DNA of 64,000 nt from NCBI RefSeq assembly GCF_017348835.2, contig NZ_CP071375.1. One strand, given 5' to 3'. Below are positions 18,286 to 29,075 of the stretch, one piece after another; position 1 is the first letter of the stretch, and the number at the start of each line of letters is the position of its first letter. The position numbers and the translations under genes were made by a program. A model generated the notes under the pieces. That model did no database searches and was not told the DNA's origin. It saw only the letters and a program-made list of their open reading frames with translations. The stretch comes from Escherichia coli (GTDB lineage: Bacteria > Pseudomonadota > Gammaproteobacteria > Enterobacterales > Enterobacteriaceae).

Positions 18286-20565
18286 ATGAGCGAGCCGTTA
18301 ATTGTCGGCATCCGGCATCATAGCCCGGCCTGCGCCCGGCTGGTGAAATCGTTAATCGAAAGCCAGCGGCCACGATACGTGTTGATTGAAGGCCCGGCTG
18401 ATTTTAATGACCGGGTATACGAACTGTTTTTAGCCCACCAGCTTCCGGTAGCTATTTACAGTTATTGCCAGTATCAGGACGGTACGGCCCCCGGGCGCGG
18501 TGCCTGGACGCCATTTGCTGAATTTTCGCCGGAGTGGCAGGCGCTACAAGCCGCACGTCGTATTCAGGCACAAACTTACTTCATCGATTTGCCTTGCTGG
18601 GCACAGAGTGAAGAAGAGGACGATTCGCCTGATACGCAAGATGAAAGCCAGGCCTTACTGCTGCGTGCCACCCGCATGGATAACAGCGATACCCTGTGGG
18701 ATCACTTGTTCGAAGATGAAAGCCAGCAAACTGCATTACCCTCTGCGCTGGCGCACTATTTTGCCCAACTGCGGGGCGACTCCCCCGGAGATGCACTCAA
18801 TCGTCAGCGCGAAGCCTTTATGGCCCGCTGGATTGGATGGGCGATGCAGCAAAATAATGGCGACGTGTTAGTTGTCTGCGGTGGCTGGCACGCTCCGGCA
18901 CTGGCAAAAATGTGGCGCGAATGTCCGCAGGAAATTAACACGCCAGAATTGCCGTCGCTGGCAGATGCCGTTACAGGTTGTTATCTCACACCCTACAGTG
19001 AAAAGCGCCTTGATGTGCTGGCAGGATACCTTTCCGGAATGCCTGCCCCGGTCTGGCAAAGCTGGTGCTGGCAGTGGGGCTTACAGCAGGCGGGAGAACA
19101 ACTGCTAAAAACGGTTCTTACCCGTTTGCGCCAACACCACTTGCCTGCTTCGACCGCGGATATGGCTGCCGCTCATCTGCATGCGATGGCGCTGGCACAG
19201 TTGCGCGGACATAAACTACCGTTACGCATTGACTGGCTGGATGCCATAGCAGGCTCGCTGATTAAAGAAGCCCTGAACGCGCCGTTGCCGTGGAGCTATC
19301 GCGGCGTTATTCATCCCGACACCGATCCGATTCTGCTAACGTTGATAGACACATTAGCGGGTGACGGATTCGGTAAACTTGCCCCTTCTACGCCACAACC
19401 GCCTCTGCCAAAAGATGTCACCTGCGAACTGGAACGTACCGCAATCTCTCTTCCGGCGGAGCTTACCTTAAATCGCTTTAACCCCAATGGACTAGCGCAA
19501 AGTCAGGTGTTACATCGGCTGGCAATACTGGAGATCCCAGGGATTGTACGCCAGCAGGGAAGCACACTGACACTTGCAGGCAACGGTGAAGAACGCTGGA
19601 AATTAACCCGCCCGCTTAGCCAGCATGCGGCATTGATTGAGGCCGCCTGCTTTGGTGCCACACTCCAGGAAGCCGCACGCCATAAATTAGAAGCCGATAT
19701 GCTGGACGCGGGTGGAATCGGCAGTATCACCACATGTCTTAGCCAGGCGGCGTTAGCGGGTCTGGCGTCCTTCAGTCAACAATTACTGGAGCAACTCACA
19801 TTATTAATCGCCCAGGAAAATCAATTTGCCGAAATGGGCCAGGCGCTGGAAGTGCTATATGCCTTATGGCGGCTGGATGAAATTAGCGGTATGCAAGGCG
19901 CGCAGATATTACAAACGACGTTATGCGCGGCTATCGATCGCACGCTCTGGCTGTGTGAATCCAACGGCAAACCGGATGAAAAGGAGTTTCACGCTCACCT
20001 GCATAGCTGGCAGGCGCTTTGCCATATCCTGCGCGATCTACATAGCGGCGTTAATTTACCCGGCGTTTCTCTTTCTGCGGCGGTAGCCTTACTGGAGCGA
20101 CGCAGTCAGGCAATCCATGCCCCGGCGCTGGATCGCGGCGCGGCTCTTGGCGCACTGATGCGTCTGGAACATCCCAACGCCAGTGCCGAAGCGGCGCTGA
20201 CGATGCTGGCACAGTTTTTCCCGGCACAATCCGGCGAAGCGCTGCACGGTTTGCTGGCGCTGGCCCGCCATCAACTGGCCTGTCAGCCGGCATTTATCGC
20301 CGGTTTCAGCAGTCATTTAAATCAACTAAGTGATGCCGATTTTATCAATGCCCTGCCCGATTTACGCGCGGCGATGGCCTGGCTACCGCCACGAGAACGC
20401 GGGACGCTGGCGCATCAGGTGCTTGAACATTATCAACTGGCGCAACTTCCCGTTTCGGCGCTGCAAATGCCGTTGCATTGCCCACCACAAGCCATTGCAC
20501 ATCATCAACAACTCGAACAGCAGGCACTGGCATCGCTGCAAAACTGGGGAGTTTTCCATGTCTGA
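18286..20565 (+). CDS. yehM: Large protein of unknown function in the MoxR/VWA operon
   Basis: 759 aa from MSEPLIVGIRHHSP, starting 11 nt after the yehL stop; ORF-track start 18118 overlaps yehL and is judged an over-extension. No motif I can name. Confidence 0.8.
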   Translation: MSEPLIVGIRHHSPACARLVKSLIESQRPRYVLIEGPADFNDRVYELFLAHQLPVAIYSYCQYQDGTAPGRGAWTPFAEFSPEWQALQAARRIQAQTYFIDLPCWAQSEEEDDSPDTQDESQALLLRATRMDNSDTLWDHLFEDESQQTALPSALAHYFAQLRGDSPGDALNRQREAFMARWIGWAMQQNNGDVLVVCGGWHAPALAKMWRECPQEINTPELPSLADAVTGCYLTPYSEKRLDVLAGYLSGMPAPVWQSWCWQWGLQQAGEQLLKTVLTRLRQHHLPASTADMAAAHLHAMALAQLRGHKLPLRIDWLDAIAGSLIKEALNAPLPWSYRGVIHPDTDPILLTLIDTLAGDGFGKLAPSTPQPPLPKDVTCELERTAISLPAELTLNRFNPNGLAQSQVLHRLAILEIPGIVRQQGSTLTLAGNGEERWKLTRPLSQHAALIEAACFGATLQEAARHKLEADMLDAGGIGSITTCLSQAALAGLASFSQQLLEQLTLLIAQENQFAEMGQALEVLYALWRLDEISGMQGAQILQTTLCAAIDRTLWLCESNGKPDEKEFHAHLHSWQALCHILRDLHSGVNLPGVSLSAAVALLERRSQAIHAPALDRGAALGALMRLEHPNASAEAALTMLAQFFPAQSGEALHGLLALARHQLACQPAFIAGFSSHLNQLSDADFINALPDLRAAMAWLPPRERGTLAHQVLEHYQLAQLPVSALQMPLHCPPQAIAHHQQLEQQALASLQNWGVFHV

Positions 20566-21694
20566 ACTGAACGATCTTCTGACCACCCGTGAGCTACAAC
20601 GCTGGCGATTAATTCTTGGCGAAGCGGCAGAAACGACGCTTTGTGGGCTGGATGACAACGCCCGGCAGATAGACCACGCGCTGGAATGGCTGTATGGGCG
20701 CGATCCTGAACGGCTCCAGCGTGGTGAACGCTCCGGTGGATTAGGTGGCTCAAATCTCACCACCCCTGAGTGGATCAACAGTATTCACACGCTGTTTCCG
20801 CAACTGGTGATTGAGCGGCTGGAAAGCGATGCCGTACTGCGCTATGGCATTGAAGATGTGGTGACGAATCTCGACGTGCTGGAACGTATGCAGCCTTCTG
20901 AAAGCCTGCTACGCGCCGTTTTGCACACCAAACATCTGATGAACCCCGAAGTACTGGCTGCCGCCCGCCGGATAGTGCGCCAGGTTGTTGAAGAAATTAT
21001 GGCTCGACTGGCAAAGGAAGTTCGTCAGGCTTTTTCTGGTGTCCGCGATCGCCGTCGCCGCTCATTTATTCCACTGGCGCGAAACTTTGATTTCAAAAGT
21101 ACTCTTCGCGCCAACCTGCAACACTGGCACCCGCAACACGGCAAGTTGTATATCGAATCCCCCCGCTTTAACAGCCGCATTAAACGCCAAAGCGAACAAT
21201 GGCAACTGGTCTTACTGGTTGATCAAAGCGGCTCGATGGTCGATTCGGTGATCCACTCTGCGGTGATGGCGGCCTGTTTATGGCAGTTACCCGGCATTCG
21301 TACCCATCTGGTGGCGTTTGACACAAGCGTCGTTGATCTCACGGCAGACGTTGCCGATCCGGTAGAGTTATTAATGAAAGTGCAATTAGGCGGCGGAACC
21401 AATATCGCCAGTGCCGTGGAATATGGTCGGCAACTTATTGAACAACCAGCGAAAAGCGTCATTATCCTCGTGAGCGATTTTTACGAAGGGGGTTCATCAT
21501 CATTACTGACGCATCAGGTGAAAAAGTGTGTCCAGAGCGGCATCAAAGTGCTGGGACTGGCGGCGCTCGATAGCACCGCAACACCTTGCTATGACCACGA
21601 TACGGCCCAGGCGCTGGTAAATGTCGGCGCACAAATAGCCGCCATGACGCCGGGCGAGCTGGCATCATGGCTTGCGGAGAATCTTCAGTCATGA
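20558..21694 (+). CDS. yehP: von Willebrand factor A (VWA) domain protein with MIDAS motif
   Basis: 378 aa from MSELNDLL; start overlaps the yehM stop (ATGTCTGA); MIDAS-like LVLLVDQSGSM (DxSxS) at ~21221-21238; ORF-track start 20330 is an over-extension. Confidence 0.85.
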   Translation: MSELNDLLTTRELQRWRLILGEAAETTLCGLDDNARQIDHALEWLYGRDPERLQRGERSGGLGGSNLTTPEWINSIHTLFPQLVIERLESDAVLRYGIEDVVTNLDVLERMQPSESLLRAVLHTKHLMNPEVLAAARRIVRQVVEEIMARLAKEVRQAFSGVRDRRRRSFIPLARNFDFKSTLRANLQHWHPQHGKLYIESPRFNSRIKRQSEQWQLVLLVDQSGSMVDSVIHSAVMAACLWQLPGIRTHLVAFDTSVVDLTADVADPVELLMKVQLGGGTNIASAVEYGRQLIEQPAKSVIILVSDFYEGGSSSLLTHQVKKCVQSGIKVLGLAALDSTATPCYDHDTAQALVNVGAQIAAMTPGELASWLAENLQS

Positions 21695-23694
21695 ATTCAC
21701 TACGTCCGGAATTATTAGAACTGACACCGCAGGCACTGACGGCGTTAAGCAATGCCGGTTTTGTTAAGCGCAGCCTTAAGGAACTGGAAAATGGCAACGT
21801 CCCGGAAATCAGCCATGAGAACGGCGCTTTAATCGCCACCTTCAGTGACGGTGTCCGTACCCAGCTGGCGAACGGTCAGGCACTGAAAGAGGCTCAGTGC
21901 AGCTGCGGGGCCAGCGGCATGTGCCGTCATCGCGTGATGCTGGTGTTAAGTTATCAACGACTTTGTGCCACCGTCCAGCCCACGGAAAAAGAAGAAGAGT
22001 GGGATCCGGCAATCTGGCTGGAAGAACTGGCTACCCTGCCCGATGCCACCCGCAAACGCGCACAGGCGCTGGTCGCTAAAGGCATCACCATTGAGTTGTT
22101 CTGTACGCCGGGCGAAATTCCCTCTGCCCGCTTACCGATGAGCGATGTGCGTTTTTATTCCCGTAGCAGCATTCGTTTCGCCCGTTGTGATTGTATTGAA
22201 GGCACACTTTGCGAACATGTCGTACTGGCAGTACAGGCCTTTGTCCAGGCAAAAGCGCAGCAAGCGGAATTGACTCATTTAATCTGGCAGATGCGCAGCG
22301 AACACGTCACATCATCTGACGATCCGTTTGCCAGCGAAGAAGGCAACGCGTGTCGTCAATATGTTCAGCAATTAAGCCAGGCATTATGGCTTGGCGGCAT
22401 CAGCCAGCCGCTCATCCATTACGAGGCAGCATTCAACCGCGCATTGCAGGCGGCAGAGGCCTGCAACTGGCGCTGGATGAGTGAGTCACTACGACAGCTA
22501 CGGGCAAGCGTTGATGCCTTCCATGCCCGCGCCAGCCACTATCATGCCGGAGAATGCTTACGTCAGCTTGCGGCATTAAACAGTCGATTAAATTGCGCAC
22601 AAGAGATGGCGCGCCGCGACAGTATCAGTGAAGTTCCTCCCATGCCGTGGCGAACGGTGGTTGGCGCAGGCATTGCTGGCGAAGCAAAGCTTGATCATTT
22701 GCGGCTGGTGTCGCTAGGTATGCGTTGCTGGCAGGATATTGAGCAGTATGGTTTACGCATCTGGTTTACCGATCCCGACACCGGCAGTATTTTGCACCTT
22801 TCGCGCAGTTGGCCGCGAAGTGAACAGGAAAACTCACCGGCAGCGACGCGTCGGCTATTTAGTTTTCAGGCAGGCGCGCTGGCGGGTGGGCAAATTGTTT
22901 CACAAGCAGCAAAACGCAGTGCCGATGGCGAGCTGCTGTTAGCTACCCGCAACCGCTTGAGTAGTGTTATTCCACTGTCGCCAGACGCCTGGAAAATGCT
23001 GAGTACGCCGCTGCGCCAGCCGGGCATTGTGGCTTTGCGGGAATATTTACGCCAGCGTCCCCCCTCCTGCATACGGCCTCTTAATCAGGTCGATAACTTA
23101 TTTATTCTGCCGGTCGCTGAGTGTATTTCGCTCGGTTGGGATAGCAGCCGCCAGACGCTGGATGCGCAGGTAATCAGCGGCGAAGGTGAAGATAATCTGC
23201 TGACGTTATCACTGCCAGCCTCAGCCAGCGCGCCTTATGCCGTTGAACGCATGGCGGCGCTTTTGCAACAAACAGACGACCCCGTGTGTCTGGTTTCTGG
23301 CTTTGTCAGTTTTGTTGATGGGCAATTGACACTGGAACCACAGGTAATGATGACAAAGACTCGAGCCTGGGCGCTGGACGCAGAAACTGCGCCTGTGGTG
23401 GCATCACTACCTTCTGCCAGCGTTCTGCCTGTGCCGTCTACTGCTCATCAGTTGCTGATGCGCTGCCAGGCATTACTTATTCAACTGCTCCATAACGGCT
23501 GGCGCTATCAGGAACAGAGTGCTATTGGTCAGGCAGAGTTGCTGGCGAATGACCTCACCGCGGTGGGTTTTTATCGGCTGGCACATATGTTGGGACAATT
23601 TCGTAATACAGAAAGCGAGGCATGGGTAGAAGCAATGAATAACGGTGTTTTGCTGTGCGAACAATTATTCCCCATGCTTCAGCAACAAGGATGA
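21691..23694 (+). CDS. yehQ: Protein with two SWIM-type zinc-finger motifs
   Basis: Start ATG overlaps the yehP stop (ATGA); CxC...CxH motifs QCSCGASGMCRHRVM (~21898-21945) and CDCIEGTLCEHVV (~22185-22220). Confidence 0.85.
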   Translation: MNSLRPELLELTPQALTALSNAGFVKRSLKELENGNVPEISHENGALIATFSDGVRTQLANGQALKEAQCSCGASGMCRHRVMLVLSYQRLCATVQPTEKEEEWDPAIWLEELATLPDATRKRAQALVAKGITIELFCTPGEIPSARLPMSDVRFYSRSSIRFARCDCIEGTLCEHVVLAVQAFVQAKAQQAELTHLIWQMRSEHVTSSDDPFASEEGNACRQYVQQLSQALWLGGISQPLIHYEAAFNRALQAAEACNWRWMSESLRQLRASVDAFHARASHYHAGECLRQLAALNSRLNCAQEMARRDSISEVPPMPWRTVVGAGIAGEAKLDHLRLVSLGMRCWQDIEQYGLRIWFTDPDTGSILHLSRSWPRSEQENSPAATRRLFSFQAGALAGGQIVSQAAKRSADGELLLATRNRLSSVIPLSPDAWKMLSTPLRQPGIVALREYLRQRPPSCIRPLNQVDNLFILPVAECISLGWDSSRQTLDAQVISGEGEDNLLTLSLPASASAPYAVERMAALLQQTDDPVCLVSGFVSFVDGQLTLEPQVMMTKTRAWALDAETAPVVASLPSASVLPVPSTAHQLLMRCQALLIQLLHNGWRYQEQSAIGQAELLANDLTAVGFYRLAHMLGQFRNTESEAWVEAMNNGVLLCEQLFPMLQQQG

Positions 23695-23818
23695 AATAGT
23701 GCTTTTTACTAAGAGTTCTACTCCAGTTCCGGACTGCTCACGCCACGGTATTAGGCATATCCTATATAGCCCCTGGTGAGAGTCACCAGTTCCTTGATTA
23801 AATAAAATGGAGTTTTAC

Positions 23819-24280
23819 ATGAAGGCTTTCAATAAGCTGTTTTCCCTTGTTGTTGCATCTGTTCTGGTTTTCTCTCTTGCTGGCTGCGGTGACAAAGAAG
23901 AATCGAAGAAATTCAGCGCCAATCTGAACGGCACTGAAATTGCCATTACCCATGTCTACAAAGGTGACAAGGTGCTTAAGCAATCTTCTGAAACCAAAAT
24001 TCAATTTGCCTCCATTGGTGCAACCACCAAAGAAGACGCTGCCAAGACACTTGAGCCGTTAAGCGCCAAATACAAAAACATCGCGGGTGTTGAAGAAAAA
24101 TTAACCTATACCGATACCTACGCGCAGGAAAACGTGACTATCGATATGGAAAAAGTGGATTTTAAAGCCCTGCAGGGTATTTCAGGAATCAACGTTTCTG
24201 CTGAAGATGCCAAAAAAGGTATCACTATGGCGCAAATGGAACTGGTGATGAAAGCCGCTGGTTTTAAAGAAGTGAAATAA
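23819..24280 (+). CDS. yehR: Lipoprotein of unknown function
   Basis: Signal peptide with lipobox MKAFNKLFSLVVASVLVFSLAGC; start taken at MKAFNK inside ORF 23807..24280. Confidence 0.85.
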   Translation: MKAFNKLFSLVVASVLVFSLAGCGDKEESKKFSANLNGTEIAITHVYKGDKVLKQSSETKIQFASIGATTKEDAAKTLEPLSAKYKNIAGVEEKLTYTDTYAQENVTIDMEKVDFKALQGISGINVSAEDAKKGITMAQMELVMKAAGFKEVK

Positions 24281-24285
24281 TCTGT

Positions 24286-24312
24286 CGGCGGCCATGTTTC
24301 GCATGGCCGCCA
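24286..24312. terminator. Bidirectional terminator between convergent yehR and yehS
   Basis: GCGGCCATG-TTTCG-CATGGCCGC stem-loop. Confidence 0.7.
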
Positions 24313-24320
24313 TACCCGTC

Positions 24321-24791
24321 TTAGCTTTTCTTCACATGCTGGCGCGCTGCCAGTCCACGCAGAAAATAACGTAAAAATTGATCGCCGCATTCGCGAAAGT
24401 TTTTATGATCCGGTGCGCGCATCATCGCTGTAATTTCCGGCATCGAAACGCGGAACTGCTGTTCGGTGAGGATCGCCAGAATGTCATCGGTTTTCAGCGA
24501 AAACGCGATGCGTAATTTTTTCAGCACGATGTTGTTATTAATGCGACGTTCCGGCTCCAGTGCCGGAGCAGACTCATCCTTGCCGCGTTTTTCATAAATC
24601 AGGCCATTGAGGAATGACGACAAAACAATGTCCGGACAACGCTGAAAACCCTCTTCGTCTTCTTTACGTAGCCAGACGGCGATCTGTTCCGCGGTGGCTT
24701 CGACATTACCCAGCGCCAGAATACGCACCAGGTCATTATTATTGGCTTTCAAAATGTAGCGCACGCTGCGCAGAATATCGTTACTTAGCAT
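24321..24791 (-). CDS. yehS: Protein of unknown function
   Basis: ORF 24321..24848; start chosen at MLSNDILRS (156 aa); lies downstream of btsR on the same strand. Confidence 0.8.
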   Translation of the reverse strand: MLSNDILRSVRYILKANNNDLVRILALGNVEATAEQIAVWLRKEDEEGFQRCPDIVLSSFLNGLIYEKRGKDESAPALEPERRINNNIVLKKLRIAFSLKTDDILAILTEQQFRVSMPEITAMMRAPDHKNFRECGDQFLRYFLRGLAARQHVKKS

Positions 24792-24837
24792 GAGGCCTTC
24801 AGGTGTTGATGAGGCAAAAAGCCATTTTAGCAGTCTT

Positions 24838-25557
24838 TTACAGGCCAATCGCCTCTTTTAAGCTTTTCAGATAACGGCGGCTGACCGGCACGGTTAAGCC
24901 ATTACGCAAAATCAACTCGGCCTGGCCGTTATCTTCCAGACGAATCTCCTGTAAATGCGCGAGGTTAACCAGATACTGACGATGGCAGCGCAGTAGTGGT
25001 GTACGACTTTCCAGGGTACGTAATGTCAATTCGGTAAAGCCCTCTTTCCCTTCGTGGCTGGTAACGTAGACACCGCTCATCCGACTGCTGACAAATGCCA
25101 CATCTTTCATTTGCAACAAATAAATCCGACTATGCCCCGTACAAGGGATAAATTTCAGCGCCTGTTGATTTTCCGGTAACAGCGAAACATCCTGCTTGCT
25201 GCGTTCCTGACGCAAACGCGCCAGCGTTTTCTCCAGTCGCGCTTCATCAATTGGCTTCAGCAGATAGTCAAAGGCATGTTCTTCAAAGGCTTTAATAGCG
25301 TATTCGTCAAACGCGGTGAGAAAAACAATATACGGACGATGTTCCGGGTCGAGCATCCCCACCATTTCCAGACCACTGATGCGCGGCATCTGGATATCGA
25401 GAAACAGCACATCCGGGCGCAGTTTATGCACCGCGCCGATCCCTTCCACGGCGTTTGAACACTCACCAACGATTTCAATATCGCTCTGCTCCTGCAAAAA
25501 TACGCGCAGGTTCTCCCGTGCTAACGGTTCATCATCGACAATTAAGACTTTAATCAT
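24838..25557 (-). CDS. btsR: LytTR-family response regulator of the pyruvate-sensing BtsS/BtsR system
   Basis: Receiver domain [17 protein letters not shown]...[10 protein letters not shown] with C-terminal LytTR-like domain; 4 nt ATGA overlap with the upstream kinase gene. Confidence 0.9.
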
Positions 25558-27239
25558 GCCTCGTCCCTCCATGGTAGTCGTAACGTTATTCGGGTGTAAC
25601 TATCAGGCTCACAGGCGACGCTTATCCCATAGTCATCGCCAAACCGTTCACGTAAACGCTTATCCACCAGATTCATACCCAGCCCACTGGCATTGGTTAC
25701 CGGTTGATACAAACCGGCATTGTCTTCGATCTCCAGCATCAAATGTTGCCCCTCACGTCGGGCGCTGATTGCCACTCGCCCTGTATCCAGCAGTTGTGAT
25801 GTCCCATGTTTAATGGCGTTTTCCACTATCGGTTGCAGGGTAAACGCGGGCAATTGCTGCTGGGATAATTCTTGCGGAATAGCAATGTTGACCTGCAACC
25901 GCGACTGGAAGCGCGCCTTTTCAATTTGCAGATAAGCGTTCACATGTTCAATTTCGTCGGCGAGAGTAACAAACTCCGAAGGCCGCTTTAAGTTTTTGCG
26001 GAAAAAAGTGGAAAGATACTGCACCAGCTGGCTGGCCTGTTCGCTGTCGCGACGGATCACAGCTTTAATGGTGTTAAGCGCATTAAACAAAAAATGGGGG
26101 TTCACCTGGGCGTGAAGCAGTTTGATCTCTGACTGGGTGAGCATCGCTTTTTGCCGCTCATATTGCCCGGCGAGGATCTGCGCCGAAAGCAGTTGCGCAA
26201 TCCCCTCGCCCAGCGTGCGGTTGATTGAACTGAATAAACGGTTTTTGGCTTCATACAATTTGATGGTGCCCATCACCCGCTGATTTTCACCACGCAACGG
26301 AATTACCAGCGTCGACCCCAGTTTGCATTGCGGATGCAAAGAGCAACGATAAGGTACTTCGTTGCCATCAGCGTAGACCACTTCACCGGTTTCAATCGCT
26401 TTTAAAGTATAAGTTGAAGAAATCGGTTTGCCGGGTAAATGGTGGTCGTCACCAATTCCGGTAAAGGCCAGCAATTTCTCTCGATCGGTAATCGCGACTG
26501 CACCAATATCCAGCTCCTGATACAGCACCTGAGCCACTTTCATGCTGTTCACTTCGTTAAACCCCTGTCGCAAAATGCCTTCCGTCGAGGCTGCCACTTT
26601 CAGCGCAGTGGCAGAAAAAGCCGAAGTGTATTTTTCAAACATCGCGCGTTTATCGAGCAATATACGCATAAACAGCGCCGCGCCGACGGTATTGGTGACC
26701 ATCATTGGCGCAGCAATATTACTCACCAGACGCACCGCATCTTCATAAGGTCGGGCGATCGCCAGGATGATCAGCATTTGCACCATTTCAGCGACGAACG
26801 TGACGGCACCGGCGGTAATGGGGTTAAAGACTTTATCAGTGCGCCCGCGGCGGATCAGGATGCTGTGTACCAGGCCACCGAGCAATCCTTCAACGATGGT
26901 CGAGATCATGCAACTTAACGCGGTCATGCCCCCCATCGAATATCGATGTAACCCGCCGGTCAGACCAACCAGCCCACCGACGACCGGACCGCCGAGTAAG
27001 CCGCCCATTACCGCGCCTATCGCACGGGTATTGGCAATAGAATCGTCAATGTGCAACCCAAACCAGGTGCCCATGATGCAGAAGATGGAAAAGACGATGT
27101 AGCAGAGAAATTTATGCGGCAGACGAACCGTGACCTGCATTAACGGTATGAATAATGGCGTTTTACTCATTAACCACGCAATGACTAAAAAAACGCACAT
27201 CTGCTGAAGCAGCAGCAACACCAGATTAAAATCGTACAT
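25554..27239 (-). CDS. btsS: LytS-type sensor histidine kinase
   Basis: Multi-TM N-terminus, GAF-like middle, H-box [18 protein letters not shown]; start taken at [11 protein letters not shown] inside ORF 25554..27254. Confidence 0.9.
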
Positions 27240-27460
27240 ACCCGCAAACCACACTTCCCTTTAAAACGCGTAACATACATTGCCTGCGTTTAACTTTCTT
27301 TGAACTCTTGCAGAAAAATGAGAATTCGTGAGTACGATCACTCAAAATCGCCTGGCAAAAATAAAATCACCCTATAGATGCACAAAAAACGGGCAAAACT
27401 ACCTGGTTCGCAAAACTGCGTCTAAAGTTAAACCGGGACCTCGCGAGCAAGGGTGAGACG

Positions 27461-28192
27461 ATGGCGCTTTACACAATTGGTGAAGTGGCGTTGCTTTGTG
27501 ATATTAACCCTGTCACGTTACGCGCGTGGCAGAGGCGTTACGGATTGCTGAAACCGCAACGGACAGACGGCGGTCATCGGCTGTTCAACGATGCCGATAT
27601 TGACCGGATCCGCGAGATCAAACGCTGGATCGACAACGGCGTACAGGTCAGCAAAGTTAAAATGCTGCTCAGTAATGAAAATGTTGATGTGCAGAACGGC
27701 TGGCGCGATCAGCAAGAAACATTACTGACTTACTTGCAAAGCGGCAATCTGCATAGCCTGCGAACGTGGATCAAAGAGCGCGGTCAGGATTACCCCGCCC
27801 AGACGCTCACCACGCATTTGTTTATTCCTCTGCGTCGACGGCTTCAGTGCCAACAACCGACTCTCCAGGCGCTGCTGGCGATCCTCGACGGCGTACTGAT
27901 CAACTACATCGCCATTTGTCTGGCTTCGGCACGTAAAAAACAGGGTAAAGATGCGCTGGTGGTTGGCTGGAATATTCAGGATACCACCCGTCTGTGGCTG
28001 GAGGGCTGGATTGCCAGTCAACAAGGATGGCGCATTGATGTCCTCGCCCACTCGCTCAATCAACTACGCCCTGAACTATTCGAAGGCCGTACATTGCTGG
28101 TGTGGTGCGGTGAAAATCGAACCTCCGCCCAACAGCAGCAACTCACCAGTTGGCAAGAACAAGGCCATGATATTTTCCCACTCGGCATTTAA
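27461..28192 (+). CDS. mlrA: MerR-family transcriptional regulator (curli/csgD regulator)
   Basis: N-terminal MerR HTH YTIGEVALLCDINPVTLRAWQRRYGLLKPQRTDGGHRLF; 243 aa. Confidence 0.9.
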   Translation: MALYTIGEVALLCDINPVTLRAWQRRYGLLKPQRTDGGHRLFNDADIDRIREIKRWIDNGVQVSKVKMLLSNENVDVQNGWRDQQETLLTYLQSGNLHSLRTWIKERGQDYPAQTLTTHLFIPLRRRLQCQQPTLQALLAILDGVLINYIAICLASARKKQGKDALVVGWNIQDTTRLWLEGWIASQQGWRIDVLAHSLNQLRPELFEGRTLLVWCGENRTSAQQQQLTSWQEQGHDIFPLGI

Positions 28193-28251
28193 TGATTCGT
28201 TAACAAATGCGCTTTACTGTACAATCCTTTCGTTAACATAAGGAGTGCATT

Positions 28252-28359
28252 ATGCGCATAGCTAAAATTGGGGTCATCGCCCTGTTCCTGTTTATGGCGT
28301 TAGGCGGAATTGGTGGCGTCATGCTCGCAGGTTATACCTTTATTTTGCGTGCTGGCTAA
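28252..28359 (+). CDS. yohO: 35 aa single-helix membrane peptide
   Basis: [38 protein letters not shown] with AGGAG RBS at 28241-28245; 3' end overlaps the convergent yehW stop by 20 nt. Confidence 0.7.
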
Positions 28360-29071
28360 GCGCCTGCACCAGCCTTTCAAACAGGCGGTCTGCGATGATC
28401 GCCGCCAGTGCCACCAGTAACGCCCCCTGGATCACATACGCGGTATTAAATCCGCTAAGCCCGATGATGATGGGCGTACCCAGCGTGCTGGCCCCTACCG
28501 TTGAGGCGATCGTCGCCGTACCAATGTTGATAATCACCGAAGTTCGCACGCCCGCCAGAATCACCGGAGCCGCCAGCGGTAGCTCGACCTTACGCAGTCG
28601 CTGACCACGACTCATTCCCATACCCTTCGCAACTTCTGTCACGCTGGCATCAATCGCTCCCAGCCCGGCAAGTGTCGCCTGCAGGACGGGCAGCACACCG
28701 TACAGGATCAAGGCGATAATCGCCGGTTGCAGGCCAAAGCCGATCACCGGAACGGCAATCGCCAGCACCGCAACGGGCGGAAAAGTCTGCCCAACGGCGG
28801 CAATAGTTTCCACCAGTGGGCGAAATTCCGCGCCCCACGGGCGAGTGACAGCAATTCCGGCACCAGTACCAATGATCACCGCAAACAAACTCGAAATTCC
28901 CACCAGCCAGAAATGAGCCAGTGCCAGAGCTGCAAAACTTTCTTGCTGATAAACGGGTCGTGGCAGTTGTGGGAACAAGGCAGCAAACAGCGGCTGGCTG
29001 TAAGGCAGCCAGAAAATCAGTGCCACAAACAAAGCAATGAGCCAGAACAGCGGATCGCGCAACATCTTCAT
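28340..29071 (-). CDS. yehW: ABC transporter permease (osmoprotectant-type uptake system)
   Basis: 243 aa multi-TM protein in a 4-gene transporter operon. Confidence 0.9.
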
Positions 29072-29075
29072 ACGC

